DNA of 53,638 nt from an uncultured Actinomycetota bacterium. GTDB taxonomy: Bacteria; Actinomycetota; Nitriliruptoria; Nitriliruptorales; Nitriliruptoraceae. Every line of letters starts with the position of its first letter. Within the stretch, counting starts at the first letter, position 1. Shown in pieces: positions 1-8,178 of this stretch. Location: assembly GCA_964608935.1 (NCBI GenBank), contig CAZSQF010000001.1, forward strand, positions 1-53,638, in the 5' to 3' direction. The position numbers were made by a program, and so were the translations under genes. The notes under the pieces are model-generated. The model was not told where the DNA came from. It ran no database searches and saw only the letters and a program-made list of their open reading frames with translations.

Positions 1-16
1 GACCGAGGAGGCCAGC

Positions 17-1326
17 GTGTGGCAGGTGAGGACGCACCCTCGCCGGCACCACCAGGTGGCCCGCGAGACGTCGGGAGCGTGGGAGAGCGCCCCGGCGGCT
101 GAGGCTGCGCCGGCGGGAACGAGGCTCCTCGACCTGCTGCGCGACCTCGTCGATCGGCTCGTCGGCCGCCCCGTGGACGAGCTCGACGAGGTCGGCATCG
201 ACCGCGAGCTGGGAGCCGTCGAGGACACGATCCGCCGGCTCGAGGCGCGCCGCTGCCGGCTCGTAGCCGCCGCCGCGACCGCGAGGCCGCCCGTGCCGCC
301 GCATCGGCGCGGCAAGCCGGAGAGGACGAGATCCGCGCCCGCGAACGGGCGCGCCGTGAGACCGGTGAGCGGCTCGCCGAGCAGCACCGCTGGACCCGAT
401 CCGATGCCCAGCGCAACCTGCGGACGGGTCAGGAGATCGGCCGCAACCCCGGTCCGGCCCAGGCCGCGTTCGACGCTGGTCGGCTCCCGCCCCGCCACGC
501 TCAGCTGCTCGCCGACGTCCTCAGGCATCTCGTGGGTGCACAGCGCGAGGAGGCGGAGCAGCGGCTGCTGGCCGCCGCGAACGACGAGGACGCGGTGACC
601 TTCGGGCGCACCTGCCGGCGGCTGCTCGCCGAGGTCGATCCCCCCGCGGCAGAACAGGACGAATCGCGTCGGCACGCACGCCAGCGTGCCTCAGTCACCC
701 CGACCGACGACGGCATGCTGGCCATCTCGGGGCTGCTCGCCGGCCTCGACGCCGAGACGTTCGCCACCGCCGTGCACGCCTACCGGCGGCCCGACGAGCC
801 CGGCGAGCATCGCCGTCCCGAACAGCGGACCGCCGAGGCGATGGTCGAGATGGCTCGCGCCGCGCTGCGCGCCGGCGACGCACCCGAGCAGCACGGTGTC
901 CGGCCGCACGTCACGGTCATGGTCGACTGGGCGACGGTGCTCGCGGACGGTGGCGTCGCCGAGACGACCTGGCTCGGCCCCGTGCCGTACGCCGAGGTGC
1001 GGCGCCTGCTCGCCGATTGTGGCGTGGGACGGCTGCTGGTCGACCCCGACGGCGTCCCGGTCGAGGCCGGCGAGGAGGTCCGCACGGTCCCAGCGGGGCT
1101 GTGGCGGACCCTGCAGGCCCGCGATGGTGGCTGCATCGCCGAGGGCTGCACCGCGCCAGCCGGATGGTGTGACGTGATGCACGTCGGCACACCGTTCCGG
1201 TTCGGTGGGCGTCTGACCCCGGCCACCGCGGCCCTCGGCTGCCGACGCCACCACCGCCAGTACGACCGGTACGGCTGGCGGATCGAGTGGAGCGACCGCC
1301 GGCCCGTACTGCGACCACCACCCTGA
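17..1326 (+). pseudogene. DUF222 / HNH endonuclease family gene (REP13E12-like), disrupted by a frameshift
   Basis: The DUF222-like N-terminus (LLDLLRDLVDRLVGRPVDELDEV...RRLEARRCRLVAAA) is in frame 2 from position 17. The continuation (RDREAARAAASARQAGEDE...AQLLADVLRHLVGAQREEAE) and the HNH-type C-terminus (EGCTAPAGWCDVMHV...GCRRHHRQYDRYGWRIEW) are in frame 1 and end at 1326. The frames switch near 250-265. The 5' end may lie upstream of the window. Confidence 0.65.
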
Positions 1327-1560
1327 CTCTCCCGCCCCGGCGCCCGGCGGCCTCCGCCACCGGGCGGCTGTGGCATGCCGACGCCCGGGCGTGGGGCCTG
1401 CAACGGCGGGCTGTCGCCTCGCGGCAGCCTGTGGGCACAGACGTCCTGCCCCCGATCTCCGCCGCGCCGTCGCGCCATCCACAGGCAGGAACCGAACGGC
1501 TCCGGGGTGGCGACCGACGGCATTTATCGTCCGTTGCCTCCCCGGGTGAGGGGTGGGACC

Positions 1561-2052
1561 ATGGCCGTCGACGAACGGCGCCGCCGCGGGTTGTTCCAGG
1601 CAGCGGCCCAGACGTTCGGGCAGGAGCACGCCGAGACGATGTTCGAGCTGTTCCCACCGTCGTCGTCGGAGCTCGCGCTGCGCTCCGACGTCGTAGCCTT
1701 GCGTGCCGACGTCGACGGGCTGCGAGCCGACGTCGACGGGCTGCGAGCCGACGTCGACGGGCTGCGAGCGGAGGTCGACGGGCTGCGTACCGACGTCGAG
1801 GGGCTCCGGGGACGGGTCGACGCCCTGTCCACGATCATGGGCGAACGGTTCGCTGCGATGGATCAGCGCTTCGACGACCAGCACCAGTTCCTGGAGGCGC
1901 GCCTCGGCGGGTTGCGCGACGAGCTGGTGGCCGCGTTCCGCGGTGAGCTGGTCACCACCGTCGCCGGCCAGACCCGGGCCGTGATCGTCGCGGTCGCCAC
2001 CGCGACGTTCGGGATCGGCGGGCTCGCGGTCACTCTCGCGCAGGTGCTGTAG
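1561..2052 (+). CDS. Coiled-coil heptad-repeat protein with a C-terminal transmembrane anchor (DUF1640-like architecture)
   Basis: ATG at 1561 is preceded by gaggggtggg. The protein has seven LR(A/S/T)DV(D/E)G heptads. The C-terminus (AVIVAVATATFGIGGLAVTLAQVL) is hydrophobic. The upstream part of ORF 1375..2052 looks non-coding. Confidence 0.6.
   Translation: MAVDERRRRGLFQAAAQTFGQEHAETMFELFPPSSSELALRSDVVALRADVDGLRADVDGLRADVDGLRAEVDGLRTDVEGLRGRVDALSTIMGERFAAMDQRFDDQHQFLEARLGGLRDELVAAFRGELVTTVAGQTRAVIVAVATATFGIGGLAVTLAQVL
1678..1824 (+). repeat. In-frame 21-bp tandem repeat, about 7 copies (consensus ctgcgagccgacgtcgacggg)
   Basis: Read directly. Copies start at 1678, 1699, 1720, 1741, 1762, 1783 and 1804. 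The copies at 1720 and 1741 are identical; the flanking copies diverge progressively. Confidence 0.9.
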
Positions 2053-2066
2053 CCGGGCTCGGTCCG

Positions 2067-3377
2067 CTACGGGCCCAGGGGACGCACGCCCAGCCCGTGG
2101 ATGTCGTTCAGCACCTTGTCGTCCGCACCGTGGACGACCTCCGGCTCGAACACCCGCAGCGTGCGGCCGCTCGGGGCGTGCATGACGGCGACACCCGGCT
2201 GGGTGCCGCTGGCGGCGTGCGGGGCCCCCGAGATCGGCTCGGGTCCACGCTGGCTGACGTAGACCAGCCGCCCGTCCGGCGAGAAGTCGAGGATGTCGGG
2301 CGTGTCGGCGATGGCGGGGATGTCGCGCACGACCTTGAAGGTCCGGGCGTTGATGATCAGGCCGTTGTCCGAGTTGCGGTTGACGGCCCACAGCCGCTTG
2401 CCGTCGGGCGAGAACCGCAGCCCGTGGGCGTCCAGGCCGCGGGCAGAGTCGGTCTGCAACAGCTCCTTGGACGCGACGTCGATGACGTACCACTCGCCGT
2501 CGGTGTCGGCGACGCCCGGACCATCCGACACCTGCCCGCTCCAGTTGGCGACCGCGTGCTGGCCGTCGGGGCTGATGTCGATGCCGCAGTTGGCCTTGAC
2601 CTCGGACGGGTCCCACGCCGCCGTGACCGCCGGCGGGTCGGCGTCGAGGTCGATCACGAACAGCGCGCCGTCGCGCCAGCCCGGGCCGAGCGTGACCCAC
2701 GCCTCGGTGGCGCCGTCCTCGGTCACGCTGTACTGGTGGCAGACCGGCGAATACGAGGTGTAGGCGAAGTCCGCGGTCGGATCGACGTCGGGGTCCACGG
2801 GCCGCCATCCGGCGTTGCTCGCCTCGGTCTCCGCCAGCAGGTCGGCCACGTCCAGTGCCGTGTCGATCTCGAAGCTCGGCGCGTCGAGGTCGAGCACGAT
2901 CTCGACGAGCTGGTCGGTGCCGAGGGCGGCGACCCACACCGCCGAGTCGTCGGGCGTGACCGCGGCCATGTGGCTGCCGCCGCCGGTGCCCAGGACCTCG
3001 ACGACCTCCTTGGCCTCGGCGTCGATGACGATCGTGGCCGCGCCAGCGGTGGCCGCGACGAACGCGAACCGGTGCGCGGAGTCGAAGTCGATCATGTGGG
3101 GAACGGTGGCGTCGCCGCCCGGCGTGTGCTGAAAGTCTCCGGCCGCGAGGGCGGCAGGGGCGACGTCGATCGTCGCGATGTCGTCCCCGCGCTCGTCGAG
3201 CACGTGGATGAGGTCGGTGCCCTGGTCGAGCATCCACACCTCGTGCGGTGCGCTCGACGGCAGCCCGGCGGGGGGTCCGGTGTCCTGCGCGCCGGCCGGC
3301 GCTCCGACCGCGGCTGCCAGCAGCGCCACCCCCAGGACCAGGCTCGTCGTGCGGCGGTGGGGGACGGTCGTGACCAT
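2067..3377 (-). CDS. Secreted beta-propeller repeat protein (YVTN / lactonase-like)
   Basis: ATG at 3375-3377 follows gaggaa. Signal peptide MVTTVPHRRTTSLVLGVALLAAAVGAPAGA. Repeated SPDG...W/Y blades (ISPDGQHAVANW, RFSPDGKRLWAVNR, DFSPDGRLVYVSQR). The longer ORF start at 3665 looks spurious. Confidence 0.75.
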   Translation of the reverse strand: MVTTVPHRRTTSLVLGVALLAAAVGAPAGAQDTGPPAGLPSSAPHEVWMLDQGTDLIHVLDERGDDIATIDVAPAALAAGDFQHTPGGDATVPHMIDFDSAHRFAFVAATAGAATIVIDAEAKEVVEVLGTGGGSHMAAVTPDDSAVWVAALGTDQLVEIVLDLDAPSFEIDTALDVADLLAETEASNAGWRPVDPDVDPTADFAYTSYSPVCHQYSVTEDGATEAWVTLGPGWRDGALFVIDLDADPPAVTAAWDPSEVKANCGIDISPDGQHAVANWSGQVSDGPGVADTDGEWYVIDVASKELLQTDSARGLDAHGLRFSPDGKRLWAVNRNSDNGLIINARTFKVVRDIPAIADTPDILDFSPDGRLVYVSQRGPEPISGAPHAASGTQPGVAVMHAPSGRTLRVFEPEVVHGADDKVLNDIHGLGVRPLGP

Positions 3378-3576
3378 CGGGGGTTCCTCGGCTGTCGCTC
3401 GCAGGCTGACGGCGGACCACCCAACCCGTCGCGGCCGAGGACCGGAAGCGGTCGGGTACCCAACCGTGCGAACCCCGCCGTGACTCCCCACGCCCTGACG
3501 GCCGGGCGTCGCGGCGCGGGCACGACCTTGCCTTGTGTGGCCGGCGGTGTCAGGCTGACGCCAGGGGAGGGCCAGC

Positions 3577-3741
3577 GTGGAGTACATCCAGCTCGTCCGG
3601 CGCGGCGAGGCCGGCGAAGGGTTCAGCCAGGCTGCCGAAGCTGCCGTGTCGTGGGTGACCGACAACGCGATGCTCGTGGCCCTCGTGGCGCTCGGTGTCG
3701 TCCTCGCCTACTTCGCCTGGCGTGGGCTGACCCGGGCGTAG
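3577..3741 (+). CDS. Candidate 54-aa small membrane protein (below the ORF-track length cut-off)
   Basis: GTG at 3577 lies 6 nt after ggggagg. It translates to VEYIQLVRRGEAGEGFSQAAEAAVSWVTDNAMLVALVALGVVLAYFAWRGLTRA, with one clear TM helix, and ends at TAG 3739-3741. Confidence 0.35.
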   Translation: MEYIQLVRRGEAGEGFSQAAEAAVSWVTDNAMLVALVALGVVLAYFAWRGLTRA

Positions 3742-3833
3742 GCGCAGCGCCACCCCTCCTCCTCGATGCGCCGCGGTGCCCGGCTGACGTAGGTTGCGAG
3801 CACGTCGTCCCGCCGCCGAGGAACGAGAGCCCC

Positions 3834-4055
3834 GTGTGCCGGAGCATCAAGACCCTTCGTCCGCCCTTCACCGAGACCGTCACCGACGCCGACGTCCGGG
3901 CCGCCGCCCTGCAGTACGTCCGCAAGGTGTCGGGCTTCCGGGCGCCGGCCGCCCACAACGTCGCCGCGTTCGAGCGCGCGGTCGACGAGGTCGCCGCCGC
4001 CACCGAGCGGCTCCTCGGCGACCTCGTCGTCCGTGGCGCCGGGGCCCGGAGCTAG
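3834..4055 (+). CDS. DUF2277 family protein
   Basis: GTG start gives (M)CRSIKTLRPPFTETVTDADVRAAALQYVRKVSGFRAPAAHNVAAFERAVDEVAAATERLL. This matches the MCRNIKTL...AALQFVRKVSG signature of DUF2277 as I remember it. These are only the last 73 codons of the 652-aa track ORF. Confidence 0.75.
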   Translation: MCRSIKTLRPPFTETVTDADVRAAALQYVRKVSGFRAPAAHNVAAFERAVDEVAAATERLLGDLVVRGAGARS

Positions 4056-4111
4056 CCCCCGGTGCCCATTGGGGACAAACCACCGGCTGGCGCCGAGTTG
4101 GAGCCGAGCGC

Positions 4112-5263
4112 ATGACCAGGCGACCGACGCTGGTCCACCTGACCACGGTGGACATGTCGCTGGCCCTGCTGCTGCTGCCCCAGCTGGTGGGCTTCCGGGA
4201 CGCGGGGTACGACGTCGTGGGCGTGTCGGCCCAGGGGCCCCACGTGGCAACGCTCGGGCAGCACGGCATCCGGCACGTGCCGCTGTCACGCTCGACCCGG
4301 GCGGCGGACGTGCGGGCCGATCTCGCCACCGCCCGCGAGTTCGTCGCGATCTGCCGGCGCCTCCGCCCCGACATCGTCCACACCCACAATCCCAAGCCAG
4401 GGGTGTATGGCCGCATCGGCGCACGCCTCGCCCGCGTCCCACACGTCGTCAACACGGTTCACGGGCTGTACGCGCTGCCCGAGGACCGGTGGCCCAAGCG
4501 GGCGGTGGTCTACGGCCTCGAGCGGCTCGCCGCCACCTGCTCGGACGCCGAGCTGGTCCAGAACCCCGAGGACCTGCCGGTCCTGCGCCGGCTGCGCATC
4601 CCCGAGCGCAAGCTGCACCTGCTCGGCAACGGGGTCGACCTGACCCGGTTCGACCCGCAGCGTCACGCCGGCGCACGGGAGCAGGTCCGGGCCGAGCTCG
4701 GCATCGCCCCGGACGAGGTGGTGGTCGGGCTGATCGGGCGCCTGGTGGCCGAGAAGGGCTACCGGGAGGTGTTCGCGGCTGCGCGCCGGCTGCGCGCCCA
4801 GCATCCACAGGCCCGGTTCGTCATCGCCGGTCCGGCCGATCCGGACAAGGACGACGCCATCACCGACGCCGAGCTCGACCGCGCCGCCGTAGACGCCGGC
4901 GTCCGGCTGCTGGGCATGCGCGACGACGTCGAGCGGCTGTACGCGGCGATGGACCTGTACGTGCTCGCGTCGCACCGGGAAGGGTTCCCGCGCTCGGCGA
5001 TGGAGGCGGCCGCGATGGGGCTGCCGATCGTCGCGACCGACATCCGCGGTTGCCGTCAGGTCGTCGACCACGACATGACGGGGCTGTTGGTCCCGGTCCG
5101 CGATCCGGACGCGCTCGCGGTCGCGATCGAGGCGCTGGTTGCCGACGACGAGCGTCGCTGCGCCATGGGACGCGCAGCCCGACGCAAGGCGGTCGCAGAG
5201 TTCGACGACCGCCGGCAGATCGCGATCACCCTCGACGTCTACCAGCACCTGCTCGCCGGGTGA
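4112..5263 (+). CDS. Glycosyltransferase family 4 (GT-B)
   Basis: Starts MTRRPTLVHLTTVDMSL. Carries HTHNPKPG, the LIGRLVAEKGY linker, and the E-x7-E region HREGFPRSAMEAAAMGLPIVATD. Confidence 0.85.
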   Translation: MTRRPTLVHLTTVDMSLALLLLPQLVGFRDAGYDVVGVSAQGPHVATLGQHGIRHVPLSRSTRAADVRADLATAREFVAICRRLRPDIVHTHNPKPGVYGRIGARLARVPHVVNTVHGLYALPEDRWPKRAVVYGLERLAATCSDAELVQNPEDLPVLRRLRIPERKLHLLGNGVDLTRFDPQRHAGAREQVRAELGIAPDEVVVGLIGRLVAEKGYREVFAAARRLRAQHPQARFVIAGPADPDKDDAITDAELDRAAVDAGVRLLGMRDDVERLYAAMDLYVLASHREGFPRSAMEAAAMGLPIVATDIRGCRQVVDHDMTGLLVPVRDPDALAVAIEALVADDERRCAMGRAARRKAVAEFDDRRQIAITLDVYQHLLAG

Positions 5264-5390
5264 GCGCGAGCCCACCGCCCCGACGGTCGCCCTTGCGCCA
5301 CTGATCGCAACACCCCGAACGGTGGACACATCGTGCCACGCGCCCTCCAGTGACGTATGGTCTCATTCTCAACTGCTGGCGGGGGTCGTC

Positions 5391-5963
5391 ATGGCGGAGT
5401 CGTCGAACGTTGGTTCGGGCACCGACCCGGCCTCTACGGACGAGGGTCGGCTGGACCGCCGCGGGTTCATCCGCGCGACCGCAGCGGCCTCCGGCGCCAT
5501 CTGGATCGCCCCGACCGTGACCGGGATGGGGATCGTGCCAGCGTACGCGGTCGGCACGCCCCCGCCCGACGAGGACGAGGACGACGACAACGGCAACGGC
5601 GTCGACAACGGCAACGGCGTCGACAACGGCAACGGCGTCGACGAGCCAAGGGACGTCGTCGACGAGGACGACGACAACGGCAACGGCATCAGCCGGCGGC
5701 GGGCCCGGGAGGAGGAGCCCGAGGCCGAGGTCGAGCCGCAGGTGCTCGATCGTGAGCCCGACGACGTCCTCGTCGGGGACGTCCCCGAGGCGGCCGCGCC
5801 CGAGGCGGCCGCGGTGCAGCCGGTCTCCCAGGAGGAGCAGATCCCCCGGACCGGCGCCGACACGGCACGCCTGCTCGGGCTCGGCACCGCCGCCGTGGCG
5901 GGCGGGGCCGCGGTGCTCCGCGCCAGCCGCGACGGGGACGAGGCGGACACCGAGGCGACATAG
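5391..5963 (+). CDS. Tat-signal, highly acidic repeat protein with an LPXTG-like sorting signal
   Basis: Twin-arginine motif LDRRGFIRATAAASGAIWIA with AYA cleavage context. DNGNGV repeats and long D/E runs. The C-terminus has QIPRTGAD, then hydrophobic LLGLGTAAVAGGAAVL, then the charged tail RASRDGDE. Confidence 0.65.
   Translation: MAESSNVGSGTDPASTDEGRLDRRGFIRATAAASGAIWIAPTVTGMGIVPAYAVGTPPPDEDEDDDNGNGVDNGNGVDNGNGVDEPRDVVDEDDDNGNGISRRRAREEEPEAEVEPQVLDREPDDVLVGDVPEAAAPEAAAVQPVSQEEQIPRTGADTARLLGLGTAAVAGGAAVLRASRDGDEADTEAT
5586..5639 (+). repeat. In-frame 18-bp perfect tandem repeat x3 (gacaacggcaacggcgtc = DNGNGV)
   Basis: Read directly. There is a fourth degenerate copy near 5668-5688. Confidence 0.9.
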
Positions 5964-6010
5964 CCGCGCCGCGCCCACGTGCTTGCGGTCTTCACCGAGC
6001 AGGAGCGGTG

Positions 6011-6823
6011 TTAGCCGCGGGCCCCGAACCGCTTGGCAGTGGCGACGATCCGTTCGTAGGTGCGTTCCGGGCCGAGGTTGCCGGTCAGCTTGGCGGCGAA
6101 GAACGGCAACGGGTCGGTGCCTCGCACCGGGATCCGGTGCAAGGCCAGCGGGTCCGTGTCGGGATGGTTGCGACCCACCTGCCCGGTGGTGGCGGACCGG
6201 AACCGGGCCCGCAGCAGCGGCGCGGCGCCAGGCACCGGGATCCCCCAGGTGAAGCAGAAGTGCTGTGGCGTGATCCCGAGGTGGGTCTCGATCACGTCGC
6301 TGCAGCGGTCGAGCTCGTCGGCGTCGAGCCGTTCGGGTCGGGCGTGGGTGTGGGTGTGGTTGCCGATCGTGACCAGCGGCGAGGCTGCCAGCTCCTCGAG
6401 CTGCGACCACGTCAACCCGGGTCCCGGGGTGCTGGCCGTCGACCCGGGCCAGTCCATCATCCCATCGATGTACGCCGTGGCCAGGTAGATCGTGAACGGC
6501 AGCCCGGCGTCGCGCAGCAGCGGCCAGGCGACCTCGTAGACGTCGGCGAAGCCGTCATCGAAGGTCAGGACCACCTTGGCGCTGTCGTCGCCGGCCTCGA
6601 GCTCGTCGAGCGCGGCATCGAGCGGGACGACCCGGTGGCGGGCCAGCACCTCCACCTGTCGCTCGAACTCTTCGGCCGCCAGGTCCCGCTCGTCGCTGGT
6701 ACCGCCCCCGATGCGGTGGTAGATCAGGATCGACGTGCCGCTGGAGGCGTCCGACCCGTGTGCGACGGCCAGGCCACGCTTGAGCGTTCGCCGCAGCCCC
6801 GGCCCCGTGATGGTGGTCCCCAT
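6011..6823 (-). CDS. Polysaccharide deacetylase (NodB homology domain)
   Basis: VVLTFDDGFADVY (the TFDDG motif), GNHTHTH, and the overall NodB-like layout. Confidence 0.85.
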   Translation of the reverse strand: MGTTITGPGLRRTLKRGLAVAHGSDASSGTSILIYHRIGGGTSDERDLAAEEFERQVEVLARHRVVPLDAALDELEAGDDSAKVVLTFDDGFADVYEVAWPLLRDAGLPFTIYLATAYIDGMMDWPGSTASTPGPGLTWSQLEELAASPLVTIGNHTHTHARPERLDADELDRCSDVIETHLGITPQHFCFTWGIPVPGAAPLLRARFRSATTGQVGRNHPDTDPLALHRIPVRGTDPLPFFAAKLTGNLGPERTYERIVATAKRFGARG

Positions 6824-7157
6824 GGGTGGAGAGGCTAGCCCAGGGGCTTGGAGACCGGCCTGCGATCGCCACTAGGCGCTCACGGGGTCCGTTGCGACAT
6901 CAGCCCCGCGGATGCGGCCACGATAGGTTGCGCAGATGTCGACACGAGGGTCCGGGCTGTCGGGGACGGCATCTTCGCTTCGCCGGGTCAGCCCGCGAGG
7001 CCGACGACCCCCGCCCCGACATGCCCGTCGCGGTCGATACCGTCCGCGCCACGCCCGTCAACGTCACCGTGCCCAGGACTGGCGGCGCCGTCGGCGTCGG
7101 GCACGAGCGGCGCGGATCGCGTCACCGCCGCACCAGCTGGGGCGGCGAGCCGCCGGG

Positions 7158-8066
7158 GTGGTGACGCTCGTGCTCGTCACCACGACGTTGGCCGGGTTCC
7201 TGGGGGCAGCCTGGTGGGGCTTCGACCTGGTGGCCAACCTGCGCCCGCAGCAAGCCATCCTGCTCACGCTGCTGGTCGTTGTGCTGCTGCACGCAGGGTC
7301 GCGTTTGGCTTCGGCGGTGGCTGCGATCGGTGCCGTGGTCAACCTGATGCTGGTCGCACCGCTCCTCGTCGTCGCCGACCCGGCCGCACACGCGTCCGAG
7401 TCGGCGACGCTGGACATCGTCTTCTTGAACGTCAAGATCGACCTCGCCGACCGCCAAGCGGTGATGCGGCATCTGCACGGCCGCGACGACGATCTCGTCA
7501 TCCTCGCAGCCGGTACGCGCAGCTGGGTCGAGCGCCTCGAGGACACGGATCTCGGCCTCCACGTCGTCGCCGGACCGGGGCGTGGTCGCGACCTCGAGCT
7601 CATCGTGCTGGCGCGCGATCCCGACGCGCTCACGGTCGTCCATCAGCGAACCGACGACAGCCGCTCAGCACTGGTCGAGATCATCACCGAGCTCGACGGT
7701 GAGCCGGTACGGGTGCTCGCGACGCACGCCGTCTCCCCACTGACTCCACCGCGAGCGCGTCAGCGCGATGCACACCTCGCGTGGGTCGCGGCGTGGGCCC
7801 AGGAGCGTGAGGAGCCCGTCGTGGTGGTCGGCGACCTGAACGCAACGCCGTGGTCGTCGAGCTTCCGCGCCCTCCTCGAGCACGGCGGCCTGCGGGACTC
7901 CCAGGAGGCACACGGGCTGCAGGCGAGCTGGCCGGCACGTCTTGGCACATTTGGGCTTCCGATCGACCACGTTCTGCACAGCCCCGAGCTGATCACCGTG
8001 GACCGTGAGCTCGGCCCGTCCTTCGGCTCCGAGCACCGGATGGTCCACGCACGACTGTCGTGGTAG
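7158..8066 (+). CDS. Membrane-anchored endonuclease/exonuclease/phosphatase (EEP) family protein
   Basis: GTG at 7158 or 7161 begins hydrophobic helices (VVTLVLVTTTLAGFLGAAWWGF...). EEP motifs are VVVGDLNATPWS and IDHVLHS. The Arg-rich 74 codons upstream in the track ORF look non-coding. Confidence 0.75.
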   Translation: MVTLVLVTTTLAGFLGAAWWGFDLVANLRPQQAILLTLLVVVLLHAGSRLASAVAAIGAVVNLMLVAPLLVVADPAAHASESATLDIVFLNVKIDLADRQAVMRHLHGRDDDLVILAAGTRSWVERLEDTDLGLHVVAGPGRGRDLELIVLARDPDALTVVHQRTDDSRSALVEIITELDGEPVRVLATHAVSPLTPPRARQRDAHLAWVAAWAQEREEPVVVVGDLNATPWSSSFRALLEHGGLRDSQEAHGLQASWPARLGTFGLPIDHVLHSPELITVDRELGPSFGSEHRMVHARLSW

Positions 8067-8178
8067 CTCGGGACCGGGCCGCCTCCAGCCCAAGCCTGGG
8101 ATCGCTACGGTTCGTCGATCAAGACGCCGCTGACTAGCGGCACGGCGGGCGCGACCGGCGCGTCAGGGGGGATCTGGG

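Noticed and set aside
1678-1824. Tandem repeats considered as a possible CRISPR array. The same applies to 5586-5639.
   Set aside because: The units (21 bp and 18 bp) are contiguous with no spacers. They are in frame inside coding sequence and far shorter than CRISPR repeats. No cas genes are present.
691-3420. 909-aa minus-strand ORF, the longest in this part of the track
   Set aside because: It is extremely Arg/Gly/Pro-rich with no recognisable motifs. It runs antisense to, or out of frame with, well-supported genes (the HNH gene, the heptad protein, the beta-propeller). This is a typical high-GC shadow ORF.
2097-4055. 652-aa plus-strand ORF
   Set aside because: It is antisense to the beta-propeller gene for most of its length. 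Only its last 73 codons (3834-4055, DUF2277) look real.
5369-5995. 208-aa minus-strand ORF antisense to the acidic Tat/LPXTG gene
   Set aside because: Its Ser/Pro/Leu-rich repeats are just the reverse-complement reading of the DNGNGV and acidic repeats. The plus-strand product has coherent export and anchoring signals.
6824-7157. 334-bp spacer between the deacetylase and the EEP gene, checked for ncRNA, riboswitch or a missed gene
   Set aside because: No frame gives a convincing protein, and I recognised no known RNA motif or strong structure. It is left as an unannotated divergent promoter region.
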